The translations under genes were made by a program, and so were the position numbers. From NCBI GenBank assembly GCA_963667725.2, contig CAXXHO010000005.1:32001-96000 (forward strand): a stretch of 64,000 nt of DNA, written 5' to 3'. The stretch is from Treponemataceae bacterium (GTDB taxonomy: Bacteria > Spirochaetota > Spirochaetia > Treponematales > Rectinemataceae). The number at the start of each line of letters is the position of its first letter. Positions within the stretch are counted from its first letter, which is position 1. Positions 11,601 through 20,493 of this stretch are shown here, piece after piece. The notes under the pieces were generated by a model. It had not been told where the DNA came from. It was given only the letters and a program-made list of their open reading frames with translations, and did not search any database.

Positions 11601-14220
11601 CGTTGGTCGATTGCGACACACTGTTGGTTGTCACCGTGAACGTGGCGCTGGTTGCACCCGCCGGAACAGTCACGCTGTTCGGAACAGCGGCTACGGAAGA
11701 ACTGCTGCTGGAAATTACCACCACCACCCCGCCCGCCGGGGCGGCACCCGACAACAATACCATCCCCACGGAGCTGCCGCCAGCCATTACTGCGGCAGGA
11801 GTAAACGTCAAAGACGATAGTACTGGCGTAATCATCAAAACTGCCGCTTGGCTGGCGCCAGCATACGTCGCTGTGATCGTAACGCTGGTTGCCTGCGATA
11901 CAGCACCAGAAGTCACAGTGAAGCCTGCCGTCACCGCACCCCCTTGGACTGTCACGCTGTTCGGCACAGACGCAACAGCAGGGTTACTACTTGAAAGAGA
12001 AATCACGGCACCGTCTTGCGGCGCACTCGCTGCCAACGTCACCGTACCCACCGAACTGCCGCCACCAAAAACACTTGAAGGGCTAAGTACCACTGAAGAA
12101 AGGATCGGGGTTACCGTAAGAGTAGCCTGTTGCACCTGACCACTATAGGTGGCTGAAATAGTCGCCATGCTTGTCCTCACGACGGTGCTAGTTCTAACCA
12201 TAAAGCTCGCACTCGTAGCCCCTTGATTCACCACGACGCTGACCGGTACACCAGCTATGGTTGGATTTGAGCTCGAAAGCGTGACCACAATTCCCCCTGC
12301 CGGCGCGACACTAGCTAGGGTCACGGACCCGACCGCCTGATCGCCCCCAAACACTGGGTTGGGATTAAACGATATCCCTGAGAGTAACTGGTCAGATCGC
12401 CCTGTTATAGTCGCGGTCGGCTCCACCGCTGCATACTTTCTCACCAACACATTGTTGAAGTTCGCGACGGTATTTGCTTCGCCGTACAAGGCCACACCGC
12501 CTGCGGTTAAAGACGAATCTGACGCCTGAACCTGCAGCACGTCGTCTTTATATAGTTCAATCCAAGTACCGTGCACTTTGGCCGTTAACTTGTACCACTC
12601 GTTCGGATTGACCACTCCCACGGACGCGTTACCGAGCGTCGCAGCCGGATTACGGACAAAACTAAAAGCATATAGGTTGTCAGTACCGTCAAGGTCCTCG
12701 TACAAGTTAGCGGAGTCATAACTGGATGGTCCCGTTACCCCAACACCGAGGCCCCACACCCTTCCGCTAACTTGTTTCCCATACGCTTCTACGACGTAGT
12801 CCCTGCCTTGAAACCCAGTCGCTTGTAGGACCTGGCGACTTAACGTGGACCCCTGAATGACAGTCCCAAGAAGTCCATCTTGCTGTACGTCCTGCCTGGG
12901 CAGCCAACTGCCTGAGGACGGGGCCCACTTCGCCGTATCCGGTCCAAGAATCCTTCCGAGGCTCAGGTCGGCTGCTCGATGTTCAAGAGTCCACGTTCCG
13001 CTGTCTAGCTTACAAGTATACTCATGAAGCGTGTTACCGAAGACGTGCTGAAACATGCACGCGGAATTATTACTAATCACTGGATTACCCGGCAACGGAA
13101 TAAAGCCGGTCATTGGATCGGTGCTGGCATATACCATAACGTTCCAGCTGCCGCTAGTCATGCTAGCGCCCCCGTCCAACACCTCGGTAGAAAGGAAGTA
13201 GGTACCTCCGTAGTACAACATGTTTGGCGCTGCAAGTGCTGTACTGGACGACAAGAGTGTGGTCTCAGTTGAACCGTCATCAAGCCCCAGCGGTGATGTC
13301 GCACGACGAGCTTTGATGTTGCATTGCTTTTCACCGTCGCCGGAGTACCAATAGATATAGTAGAGCCCATCCACCTGGTTGTAGAAGAGATTCGGATTTT
13401 GGTTTCGAAAGCCGAGTTGAGGTTCGACTATCGTCTTCACATCGGTGAAAGTGATGCCATCGGCGCTGGTCGCGAGTACAATGTAGCTAGTTGTACAATA
13501 ATCCTTCGTATACAGCATATAGAAGGTGCCGTTCACTCTGAGTACTGAAGGCCACCGACCATTGCTGAACACCGGATTGCCCGTGTACTTGGTCCAACTG
13601 ACCAAGTCGTCGCTAAAGGCGAGACCGACGCCGCCGCATCCACCGTCCAGACCGTAGTACCCCCAGTAGGTGTGTCCACCACTACTAACGTCGAGCACGC
13701 TCAATGTATGGGGCGCCGCCGTTTCCCAAGACTGGTCGCGGACCAGCGCAGTCTGAGGTGGGCCGAGGTGAAAATATCCTTCCAGTGGGTGTGGAGACGC
13801 CTCGAAATCATCGAAGAATTCAAAGGTGGCGTCTCCTTTGGAGATGCTACTGGCCAACGGATTGCCATAATACAGGTACACGATTGCGCCGTTCGCGGGC
13901 AAGGAGGGCACCTTTACCCAGATGCTAGCTGACAAGGACGCAAGGTTCCATGTCTCTACCCAGTGTGGCAGGACCGTAGTTCCGTCCGAAGCGGTGAGCC
14001 GGATGTCGCTCCCGTCCGGTTTCGCCTTGTCGAAACTGAACGAACTGTCCAGCCTCACGTGCACCTGAAAGTCCTCAAGAGATGCTCCGTTTGGATTGCC
14101 CAACGTTATCTGAGTTCGGTACGCCCAACTCGAACCTAGCCACCCGGGCGTCTGGGCTACGAGGCTCCGGGCAGGCCACAGCGCCGCCACTAGCGCAAGC
14201 GTCAGCTTGAGTGTCTTCAT
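5626..14220 (-). CDS. Giant secreted multidomain surface protein, truncated by IS: DUF2341-like x3, beta-propeller glycosidase-like domain, ConA/lectin-like domains, Ig-like repeats
   Basis: Signal peptide MKTLKLTLALVAALW. DUF2341-type motifs D.R....G.T.LP.W.E.WN and YLYYGN..TFEFFDDF. Asp-box-like A.S.D...W/F motifs. Two kinds of ~95-aa repeats. The ORF stops inside the IS5 inverted repeat; the intact length would be ~2960 aa. Confidence 0.85.
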   Translation of the reverse strand: MKTLKLTLALVAALWPARSLVAQTPGWLGSSWAYRTQITLGNPNGASLEDFQVHVRLDSSFSFDKAKPDGSDIRLTASDGTTVLPHWVETWNLASLSASIWVKVPSLPANGAIVYLYYGNPLASSISKGDATFEFFDDFEASPHPLEGYFHLGPPQTALVRDQSWETAAPHTLSVLDVSSGGHTYWGYYGLDGGCGGVGLAFSDDLVSWTKYTGNPVFSNGRWPSVLRVNGTFYMLYTKDYCTTSYIVLATSADGITFTDVKTIVEPQLGFRNQNPNLFYNQVDGLYYIYWYSGDGEKQCNIKARRATSPLGLDDGSTETTLLSSSTALAAPNMLYYGGTYFLSTEVLDGGASMTSGSWNVMVYASTDPMTGFIPLPGNPVISNNSACMFQHVFGNTLHEYTCKLDSGTWTLEHRAADLSLGRILGPDTAKWAPSSGSWLPRQDVQQDGLLGTVIQGSTLSRQVLQATGFQGRDYVVEAYGKQVSGRVWGLGVGVTGPSSYDSANLYEDLDGTDNLYAFSFVRNPAATLGNASVGVVNPNEWYKLTAKVHGTWIELYKDDVLQVQASDSSLTAGGVALYGEANTVANFNNVLVRKYAAVEPTATITGRSDQLLSGISFNPNPVFGGDQAVGSVTLASVAPAGGIVVTLSSSNPTIAGVPVSVVVNQGATSASFMVRTSTVVRTSMATISATYSGQVQQATLTVTPILSSVVLSPSSVFGGGSSVGTVTLAASAPQDGAVISLSSSNPAVASVPNSVTVQGGAVTAGFTVTSGAVSQATSVTITATYAGASQAAVLMITPVLSSLTFTPAAVMAGGSSVGMVLLSGAAPAGGVVVVISSSSSSVAAVPNSVTVPAGATSATFTVTTNSVSQSTNVTITASYDGINVAATLPVNVVGGSWLNPSWVYRSAVAVANGSGAALMNHQVQVKLDASFDFTKVRSDGADLRFADADGGTQLPYWIESWNPSQQSARLWVRVPTIPTSGVTLFLYYGNSSANSSTASGDQTFEFFDDFSSAILNPAKWSASGGTWSVVSDTQQDGIAGLVGQGSTTATQILSSLYSGTDYVVQVYGKQVAGRLWGLGVRNSGVGNLYSANLYDDLNSTNNLYLYRWMNNSAATLGSASVGVVNPNEWYKLTAKVHGTWIELYKDDVLQVQASDSSLTAGGVALYGEANTVANFNNVLVRKYAAVEPTATITGRSDQLLSGISFNPNPVFGGDQAVGSVTLASVAPAGGIVVTLSSSNPTIAGVPVSVVVNQGATSASFMVRTSTVVRTSMATISATYSGQVQQATLTVTPILSSVVLSPSSVFGGGSSVGTVTLAASAPQDGAVISLSSSNPAVASVPNSVTVQGGAVTAGFTVTSGAVSQATSVTITATYAGASQAAVLMITPVLSSLTFTPAAVMAGGSSVGMVLLSGAAPAGGVVVVISSSSSSVAAVPNSVTVPAGATSATFTVTTNSVSQSTNVTITASYDGINVAATLPVNVVGGSWLNPSWVYRSAVAVANGSGAALMNHQVQVKLDASFDFTKVRSDGADLRFADADGGTQLPYWIESWNPSQQSARLWVRVPTIPTSGVTLFLYYGNSSANSSTASGDQTFEFFDDFSSAILNPAKWSASGGTWSVVSDTQQDGIAGLVGQGSTTATQILSSLYSGTDYVVQVYGKQVAGRLWGLGVRNGGVGNLYSANLYDDLNSTNNLYLYRWMNNSAATLGSASVGVVNPNEWYKLTAKVHGTWIELYKDDVLQVQASDSSLTAGGVALYGEANTVANFNNVLVRKYAAVEPTATVGGTVVQAGFGVASVALVPSTVAGGTDSIGTVTLTAPAPAGGAVVTLTSSEAATAAVPGSVIVAAGASTAIFTVATNPVVAVSGVTVSATLNGVIKDASLTVNPPSLSAIALTPSIVAAGGDSGGTVTLTGPASTGGAVVALTSSNPAVAAVPASVTVSPSSSTASFTVNTGTVAYATGVVITATYNGTSQQAALTVMPTGVSLSVNPTSVKASQSGMSLTFTFFTTTAFTSGSRVRITVPSGWTVPNTSNVGVTNTNCTSAGLGSVYSNVITVNMVCPANTSFRVTFGTAGNYVTSPDSAQNSTFSATTRLGYGNDTAMPTSPVVAILGSASRIAFTTQPGGGTAGLAWTLQPVLAIQDSFGHTIADATNAITLAIGTNPGSGTLSCITNPLDGSAGAAMFAGCSINKSGNGYTLTASAAGLAGATSGTFNIAAGAAAQLVFTQEPGGGTGGTTWAAQPRVTVQDSNGNTVTTPAYSITLATGTNPSSGSLGCTANPVSTSSGVAIFAGCAIDRAGSGYTLLATSGSLHGATSAAFSITVGSAAKLGFTIQPSGGMFLTAWPAQPVVAIQDAGGNTVTTVNRTITLAISNNPGSGTLACPPGGLAMATVSGVATFAGCNISKSGIGYTLSAASSGMTSATTSAFNITAGAATKLVFTMQPGNGSGGSSLATQPVVAIEDANGNIVNTDASSVTLTISNNPGGGTLTCAADPVTAMVGVATFSGCQIDRIGNGYRLQAIDGTLAPATSNTFNITVGSAAKLAFTTQPGGGTGGATWLTQPVVAVQDAGGNTVTNNYSSVTLAISTNPGGGTLNCTSNPRSAVSGVATFTGCAIDKIGTGYTLRATDGSLTATTSNAFTVTVGLPTQLTFTTQPSGGSAAATWGVQPVVAIQDAGGNTVSTASRTVTLAISTNPGSGTLVCSPGGLAVATVSGVATFAGCSINRSGTGYILSANASGVSSDASSAFNIVPGPATRLVFTTQPGNGAGGASLSTQPVVTISDANGNTVTTDTSTVTLAISSNPGGGTLMCPSNPRSAVSGVATFTGCAIDKIGAGYTLRATDGSLTAATSNAFNIAVGPAAKLGTC
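8881..12647. repeat. Near-perfect in-frame tandem duplication, period 1764 bp (~2.1 copies)
   Basis: AGTCGCGGTCGGCTCCACC starts at 8881, 10645 and 12409. Identical shadow ORFs at 9408/11172 and 9833/11597. Only a few substitutions were seen. Confidence 0.95.
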
Positions 14221-14325
14221 AAACTGTCCTCTTCGTGGTTCTAATTCGTTCGAGCGGTCTGGAAACGCCGGACCAGTCGATTATGTCTTATATGGCAAAA
14301 GCCATAGCTCAACGACCGACGTCGA

Positions 14326-15738
14326 CTACCTGCCAATGCCGGCAGCGGTCAAGAGCCTCCGCAGCGTCCCAGAATACTGTCTAGCTTCCGTTCCCATTGT
14401 TGAGCCCCGGACCACTCCGCGCGCGAACGCGAGCGTCCATATACCGTGAAATGCATAGGCTATCAAACGAGCTACCGATAACCCGAATGATCCCCAATGC
14501 CCTAAGAAACAGGTCATGCCAATGAAGACCACAGCCCAGGCGAGATTCATCACAAACCCTAGCCACATCCTCCCGGACGCTACGATGACATCTCCCACGG
14601 GCATCAAAATCGTGTAAATACCGGCCGTCGCAAGAACTGCAATGAGCGTCGGCCACCCTGCGGAATATCTAGCTCCGTAGGCACGCATAATATATGGACT
14701 AAATGCCGCGATACCCAAGACTAGCGGAAGTGCGATCACCGCATTGAGACGCATCATGAACGAGATCAACTCCGCCGACATCTTGCTGTCACGCCCGCCT
14801 AACCGGTCCGACAGAATTGGCAGCAACCCACTACCCAGCGCGAGAGGCAGGAAGAGCAGGACTCTGTACCACTGACCGGCGGCGTTGTAGACGCCCATTT
14901 CTGCATACCCGTTGGCCTGGTTTACGAGAATTGCCGAGCACACCCAATTTGCTGGTGCAACCATAATGCCCGCCATCACAGCCGGCACGCTGAAATCCCG
15001 GAGAACCGCAAGCTCTTTCGTCGCATCTCGCCACAAGACCGGGATCCCGGCCCGTTGCGCTTCCGAACGAAGTGCGCATTGCTTAAGGCACCATTCAGCA
15101 ACCCCGCCCACCACTGACCCCACAAGAATGCCCTCCAGCCCCGCCAAATAAAAGCCCCCGAGGGACAATGGGATGTTAAGTAGCCCCGACAAACACTGAA
15201 TCCTCGCAATTGCACGAAAGGCCTCAAATCCCGCCAATCCACCGGCCTGCGCGCCATTCACCGCTCCAAAGAATAGCAAGAGACCGCCGATACGCAGTGG
15301 ATTTGCCAAATTTGGCGCTGCCAAATACCGACCCGCTAGCCACGGCGCCAGAACATAAACGAGGATCGCAAACGCCGCTCCACTGACCGCCGCAGTCATG
15401 TTCGATAGAGCCAGAACCCGCCCAGCGCGGGCCGGATCCCTGACCTTCAACTCCGCAACATATTTCGTTGCGGTGAGACTTAGCCCGAAACCTGCGAAGG
15501 CCCCGAATAAATCTACGCTTGAGATAACTACGCCGAATTCACCATATCCAGCCGGGCCCATTAGTCTTGCCAGGAGAAACGACACCGGAATACCTAGGGC
15601 CTTTGCGCCCACAGTCCCCGCGAAACTCCAAGCGGCACTTCGAACCACGCGCCGCCCCATTGGAAAGCCATTAACGCGTTCAACTATACAGCGCCGTATT
15701 GCGCCGCCCCATCCAACCCTGGCGTCTCTTGCCATCAC
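14326..15738 (-). CDS. wzx: Wzx-type oligosaccharide flippase
   Basis: Many TM segments. LARLMGPAGYGEFG and AGFGLSLTATKYVAE motifs. EPS context. Confidence 0.85.
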   Translation of the reverse strand: MMARDARVGWGGAIRRCIVERVNGFPMGRRVVRSAAWSFAGTVGAKALGIPVSFLLARLMGPAGYGEFGVVISSVDLFGAFAGFGLSLTATKYVAELKVRDPARAGRVLALSNMTAAVSGAAFAILVYVLAPWLAGRYLAAPNLANPLRIGGLLLFFGAVNGAQAGGLAGFEAFRAIARIQCLSGLLNIPLSLGGFYLAGLEGILVGSVVGGVAEWCLKQCALRSEAQRAGIPVLWRDATKELAVLRDFSVPAVMAGIMVAPANWVCSAILVNQANGYAEMGVYNAAGQWYRVLLFLPLALGSGLLPILSDRLGGRDSKMSAELISFMMRLNAVIALPLVLGIAAFSPYIMRAYGARYSAGWPTLIAVLATAGIYTILMPVGDVIVASGRMWLGFVMNLAWAVVFIGMTCFLGHWGSFGLSVARLIAYAFHGIWTLAFARGVVRGSTMGTEARQYSGTLRRLLTAAGIGR

Positions 15739-15805
15739 TCTCCAATCCGTCCAACCCCGCTACAGCCACTTCTCTCGTATGCCATTCTCCTAAGAGCCGC
15801 AGAGC

Positions 15806-17044
15806 TCACCTAGTAGCTGAAATCAACCCTCTCGTTGCTGACAAGAACTGCCCAGCGATCGTCCGAGGGGAAAACCTGACAGCACGTTCGCTCGATGCAG
15901 CCTCTCCCGCCAAGTTGCCCTGGCCGAATACATAGAACAGGCGTGTTATCGCCTTCTGAACATCAACGGCATCATCGCCATCTACACGAATGATCCCGTG
16001 CGTCGAAGCCATGTCAGCCACCACGCCCCGTGCCGGACTCAACGCCAGCACTGGTTTTCGTGCAACGATATAATCTATTAGTTTCGACGGTAAGAAAATG
16101 CCCTCAGACAGCCTCCCTTCCACTAGTACACACACCGAGGCACGCGCGATGTACTCGAGGCTTTTCTCGTAGCTCACACGCTCAACCCATCTGACGCTCT
16201 CACCAAGGCCAAGGTCATCGACTTGCCGGCGAGTCTGATCGTCCGCCGGCCCGACCAGCACGAGCTGCAGGCACTCGCGCTGGATATTAGTTTGATCGAT
16301 AAAGCCCTTGATTCCCTTTAGGAGACCTGTCGCGGACCTGCCGGTCATTTCGGCCGTGCCAAGCTTCCCAGCGTGAACTAACGTAAAACGCTCGCGACAA
16401 CTTGCCTGTTCCGAGCAATTGCCAACGTGGGGGACTATCTCGGCATCGTGCTCAATCCCAGATATCTCGGCGTGGTAGGACTGCAGTCTATCACATGGAT
16501 AGGTGACGACATCGGCGGAGAGTAATGTCTTTCGCAGCCAGTGGTCCGAAAAGCTACGATACAGCAGGGACGCGCTCGTTTTAGCCTGGCCGGGAAAGAG
16601 ATGATAGTCCCATGGATCGTTTATATTCGCCACCCACGGCACCTTAAGGCGCCTCGAACACCAATACCCGCAAACATGAGCTATCATCGGTAGTGAGCGT
16701 GAATAGACAACATCATACGGTGTTCTTGAATGCGACCGGGTCGCCCTGCACACCACGTCGTCTATCCACCGAGCGTAGACCGGTGCGCAATAGTTGAGGC
16801 CAGCTAGCAGTGACCGTGCTCGCTCTCGCCTCGTGTTCAGAGGAATATCTCTGGCAACTCTCATGAGGGGGAGCCAGAGTTCGGACTGGTCAAGGCAGCG
16901 AATCGTTGGAGAACGGAAGTTACTGCAGTGAATAACTGTCACGTCAGCGCCCGATTCCATCAGCCCCAGCACCATCTTCCCGGCGCAGAAGGACTCAGAG
17001 TCGGCCACAGGTGGAAACAGGGGACTTATGCAGAGAATGCGCAT
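15806..17044 (-). CDS. GT-B (GT4-like) glycosyltransferase
   Basis: MRILCISPLFPP, WVANINDPW and PSKLIDYIVARKPVLA. Likely start is ATG 17044. Confidence 0.85.
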   Translation of the reverse strand: MRILCISPLFPPVADSESFCAGKMVLGLMESGADVTVIHCSNFRSPTIRCLDQSELWLPLMRVARDIPLNTRRERARSLLAGLNYCAPVYARWIDDVVCRATRSHSRTPYDVVYSRSLPMIAHVCGYWCSRRLKVPWVANINDPWDYHLFPGQAKTSASLLYRSFSDHWLRKTLLSADVVTYPCDRLQSYHAEISGIEHDAEIVPHVGNCSEQASCRERFTLVHAGKLGTAEMTGRSATGLLKGIKGFIDQTNIQRECLQLVLVGPADDQTRRQVDDLGLGESVRWVERVSYEKSLEYIARASVCVLVEGRLSEGIFLPSKLIDYIVARKPVLALSPARGVVADMASTHGIIRVDGDDAVDVQKAITRLFYVFGQGNLAGEAASSERAVRFSPRTIAGQFLSATRGLISATR

Positions 17045-17283
17045 TGGACGGTTCCGGAGAGCCGCTTTAGCAATGAAAACGTCGGAATGCCGACTCTGAG
17101 TGGAATACACCTCAGTCCACTTTAGAGTTGTCCTTAGACGATGTCAGGAGAACATACCCGGGCACCGTTGTAGGCTTGCGTCACGGTTACCCACACCTTC
17201 GGAAGTTCGTGTTAACAACGACTTCACCTAGATTTAACAAGGACCAGGTTCGCCGCGCTCGGAACACTCGGTCACGTGCAGTG

Positions 17284-18477
17284 TTACGGCATTTCGCTTG
17301 GCGCTAGAGTTCCTGTGTCGGTTGAGTGTTTCTCTGCAGCTAAATGGGAAACGACCACTTTGGTGATGCGTTGTGCCGCAGTACCGTCTCCATACGGATT
17401 CGCCAACGTAGACTTGGACCGGTAATACTCCGCGTCGCTTAGTAGTCGCTCCACTTCGCGACAGATGCTCGCGCGCGACGCTCCCACGAGGGTCGCGCAT
17501 CCCGCTGAAACAGCTTCGGGGCGTTCCGTCGTGCTTCGAGTAACAACGACAGGCTTCCCAAGGCTTGGAGCCTCTTCCTGGACGCCTCCAGAATCCGTGA
17601 GGATCAACGTGGCGCGCTCCATCAGGGCAATAAATGGAAGATAGGGAATGGGCTCGACTAGATGGATATTTGTGGTCCTGTGCCCGCTGGCGCCCAGAAC
17701 TTCGCGCACGACGTCTCGGACGTTAGGATTGGGGTGCACCGGATAAACGAAATGAACACCTGGGAAGGCTCTCGCCAGATCGGCCACGGCACTGCAGATG
17801 GAATGAAGGTTTTCACCATGGCTTTCGCGTCTGTGCCCAGTGATTAAAACTACTGGCACATTTCGCCAATCGGCTGCGAAGAGCTGCTCCAATCCCGGGA
17901 CGGTCGGTGGATTGGCGTGTATGCGTTCAAGGGCGAGAAAGAGCGCATCGATACCCGTGTTCCCAGTTACGAAGACCCTTTCCGGAGGAACGCCCTCGTC
18001 GAGTAGGTTCCGCCGGTTGGTCTCGGTAGGGGCAAAATGCAAAGTAGCCATGCGGCTCGTCAGAACACGGTTCGCCTCCTCCGGCCAAGGGGCATGGAAA
18101 TTCCACGTTCTCAGCCCGGCTTCGACGTGGCCGACGGGGATCCCCCGGTAGAAAGCAGCTAGCGCGGACGCCAAAACAGTAGTGGTATCGCCCTGGACCA
18201 AAACCAACCCTGGCCGCGCACTGCCCAAGTAGCGATCAACACTTGTCATCGCTCGCGACGTCAGTTCGGTCAGGGTCTGATCCGCACGCATGAGGTCCAA
18301 ATCGACGTCGGGCTCAATTCCAAACGCTCCCAGCACCTGGTCCAGTAGGTCCCGGTGCTGGGCCGTAACGCAGACGTGGCATTCGAGCGCATCGCAGTTC
18401 CTTAGGGCAAAGATCAAGGGAGCCAGCTTGATTGCCTCCGGTCTTGTCCCGAAGATCACAGAGATTCTATTGTTCAT
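17284..18477 (-). CDS. wecB: UDP-N-acetylglucosamine 2-epimerase (non-hydrolysing; WecB/WbpI-like)
   Basis: GTRPEAIKLAP, VQGDTTT, HVEAGLRT, HRRES and TDSGGVQEEAPSLGKP. Confidence 0.93.
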   Translation of the reverse strand: MNNRISVIFGTRPEAIKLAPLIFALRNCDALECHVCVTAQHRDLLDQVLGAFGIEPDVDLDLMRADQTLTELTSRAMTSVDRYLGSARPGLVLVQGDTTTVLASALAAFYRGIPVGHVEAGLRTWNFHAPWPEEANRVLTSRMATLHFAPTETNRRNLLDEGVPPERVFVTGNTGIDALFLALERIHANPPTVPGLEQLFAADWRNVPVVLITGHRRESHGENLHSICSAVADLARAFPGVHFVYPVHPNPNVRDVVREVLGASGHRTTNIHLVEPIPYLPFIALMERATLILTDSGGVQEEAPSLGKPVVVTRSTTERPEAVSAGCATLVGASRASICREVERLLSDAEYYRSKSTLANPYGDGTAAQRITKVVVSHLAAEKHSTDTGTLAPSEMP

Positions 18478-18579
18478 AGAAGGAGGAAGCGGTTCGGCAG
18501 GGCGCCAAGGTGCATCCAGCAACGATCAGCATCGGCCGGTGAGCATTCGGGATTACTCATGGAACGCTGCGACCCACAC

Positions 18580-20469
18580 TCACCTTCCATGTACTTCCAG
18601 AAACTCCCGATGCCACAACTCGAGTATCGCGAGAGAGAATAATTCCCGGGAAAAGTCACCGCGTCGCTGATGGTCCAAAATCAGATGTTCGATGCAGGCC
18701 TTTTCGAAATAGCCTCTCGCCAAGGTCTTGCGATCAAACAGAATTTCCTGCAACCAGTCCCTCAGTTCGTTTCGCAGCCACGAGGCGTATGGAACCGGGA
18801 AGCCAACTTTTCGACGACGAACTATCTTCTTGGGAACCTGGCGGCCGAGAGCCCTCTTAGCGATATACTTTGTTGTAAAGCCTCGGATCTTGAAGTCGTC
18901 AGGTAGTGAAGCTGCAAATTCCAAGACCTTATGATCTAGCAGGGGAACTCGAAGCTCGATCGAATTGGCCATGGTCATTTTGTCAGCCTTGAGCAGTAGA
19001 TCGTCAGGCAGCCAAGTTTTGCTATCGACGTATAGCATCTGGTCGAGGGTGCTCTGGCCCTTGACGCGAGAGCGCAGTCGATGCAGGGGCTCAACAGCAT
19101 ACTCATGATCAATGGCTCCTGCATATTCGGGCCGATACAATGTTTGATACCACTGTCCCGAGTTGCCGTACAAAGTGCGGCCGTTGTAGTAGTCGGGAAA
19201 CTGCGCATTCATTAAGGGGCCATACCGGGCCAGCGGTTGAAAACGGAACAGCGCGTTCACAATCGAAACTGCTCGAGTGGCAGCTCTATTGAAGGGAGAG
19301 AGGCAGCGTTTCAGGCGTTCCAGCCAAAGGAGATTGCGGTAGTTGGGATATCCAGCAAACGCCTCGTCCCCCCCCTCGCCTGAAAGGACTACCTTGACGT
19401 GGCTGCTGGCCAGTTTCGAGATGTAGTAAAGTGCAACCGCCGGTGGTTCGAAGACTGGCTCTTCCATATGCCAGACGAAACTCGGCATGAACGCGGCAAA
19501 ATCCGCTGCCGAGATGGTCATGTCATAGTGCCGGGAGCCGTACGTTTCCGAGGCCAACCGGGCATAAGGTCTCTCATCCGCTAGCTGCGGCGCTGCAAAA
19601 CCCACTGTGAAGGTGCTGATTTCCTGTTGAGTTCGTCCTGCAGCCAAGCTGAGTACAGCCGTCGAATCCAGGCCGCCGCTCAATAGAATGCCGATCGGAA
19701 CGTCCGCGATCATGTGCAACTCTACCGCTTCGCCAAGAACGTTCAATAACTGCTTCTCAGTCTCCGCTTGGCTAGGAACCTGGCTATCCCTTGAGAACTT
19801 CAGGTCCCAGTACTGATGGACCTTAATCTGGCCATCCCTTTGCAAGAGATATGTCCCAGGGCTTAGCTTTTGCACGCCCTTGAGCAGAGTCTCTTCGCCG
19901 GGCAAGTAGCCAAACTTCAAGAACCGGTCGACCATCTCGGGAGCGATATCCCGCTCTACGGCCGGGTCCGCCAGGATCGCCTTGATTTCGGAAGCAAACA
20001 CCAGCGACTCGCTCGACAGGAGGTAGTACAGGGGCTTGATCCCGAGGCGATCCCTGGCCAATATGAGTGCCCGCTTCTTCTCATCCCAGATCGCAAAGGC
20101 AAACATTCCCCGAAGCTTTTCCAAGCACGCCGTGCCCAGCTCTTCATATAGATGTACGATAACCTCCGTGTCGGTCTTGGTGCTGAAGACGTGACCCCTG
20201 CCCAGAAGAAAGGTGTGCAACTCCCGGAAGTTATAGATTTCTCCGTTGAAGACTACCCAAACGGTCCCGTCCTCATTCGAAAGCGGCTGATGCCCTGTGT
20301 TTAGGTCAATAATCGAGAGCCGTCGATGGCCCAGTCCTATCTGCGGCGCTATATAGGTCCCCTCATCGTCGGGCCCACGGTGCCGAATCGTATCGAGCAT
20401 CGCCCTCAGTAGCGCCGGCGATACTTGGCCCTCACTGTCGTACACTACCTTGCCGCAAATCCCGCACAC
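18580..20469 (-). CDS. asnB: Asparagine synthase-family glutamine amidotransferase (probably a polysaccharide amidation enzyme)
   Basis: MCGICG, HRGPDD, GHRRLSIID, LSGGLDS, SGEGGDE and DKMTMANSIELRVPLLD. Confidence 0.93.
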   Translation of the reverse strand: MCGICGKVVYDSEGQVSPALLRAMLDTIRHRGPDDEGTYIAPQIGLGHRRLSIIDLNTGHQPLSNEDGTVWVVFNGEIYNFRELHTFLLGRGHVFSTKTDTEVIVHLYEELGTACLEKLRGMFAFAIWDEKKRALILARDRLGIKPLYYLLSSESLVFASEIKAILADPAVERDIAPEMVDRFLKFGYLPGEETLLKGVQKLSPGTYLLQRDGQIKVHQYWDLKFSRDSQVPSQAETEKQLLNVLGEAVELHMIADVPIGILLSGGLDSTAVLSLAAGRTQQEISTFTVGFAAPQLADERPYARLASETYGSRHYDMTISAADFAAFMPSFVWHMEEPVFEPPAVALYYISKLASSHVKVVLSGEGGDEAFAGYPNYRNLLWLERLKRCLSPFNRAATRAVSIVNALFRFQPLARYGPLMNAQFPDYYNGRTLYGNSGQWYQTLYRPEYAGAIDHEYAVEPLHRLRSRVKGQSTLDQMLYVDSKTWLPDDLLLKADKMTMANSIELRVPLLDHKVLEFAASLPDDFKIRGFTTKYIAKRALGRQVPKKIVRRRKVGFPVPYASWLRNELRDWLQEILFDRKTLARGYFEKACIEHLILDHQRRGDFSRELFSLAILELWHREFLEVHGR

Positions 20470-20493
20470 CTTCGCCTCCCCTGGTCCGCAGCT

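Noticed and set aside
18580..20469. AsnB-like gene as a lasso peptide cyclase
   Set aside because: It has an intact N-terminal Cys glutaminase domain, sits among glycosyltransferases, and no precursor, RRE or B2 peptidase gene is nearby.
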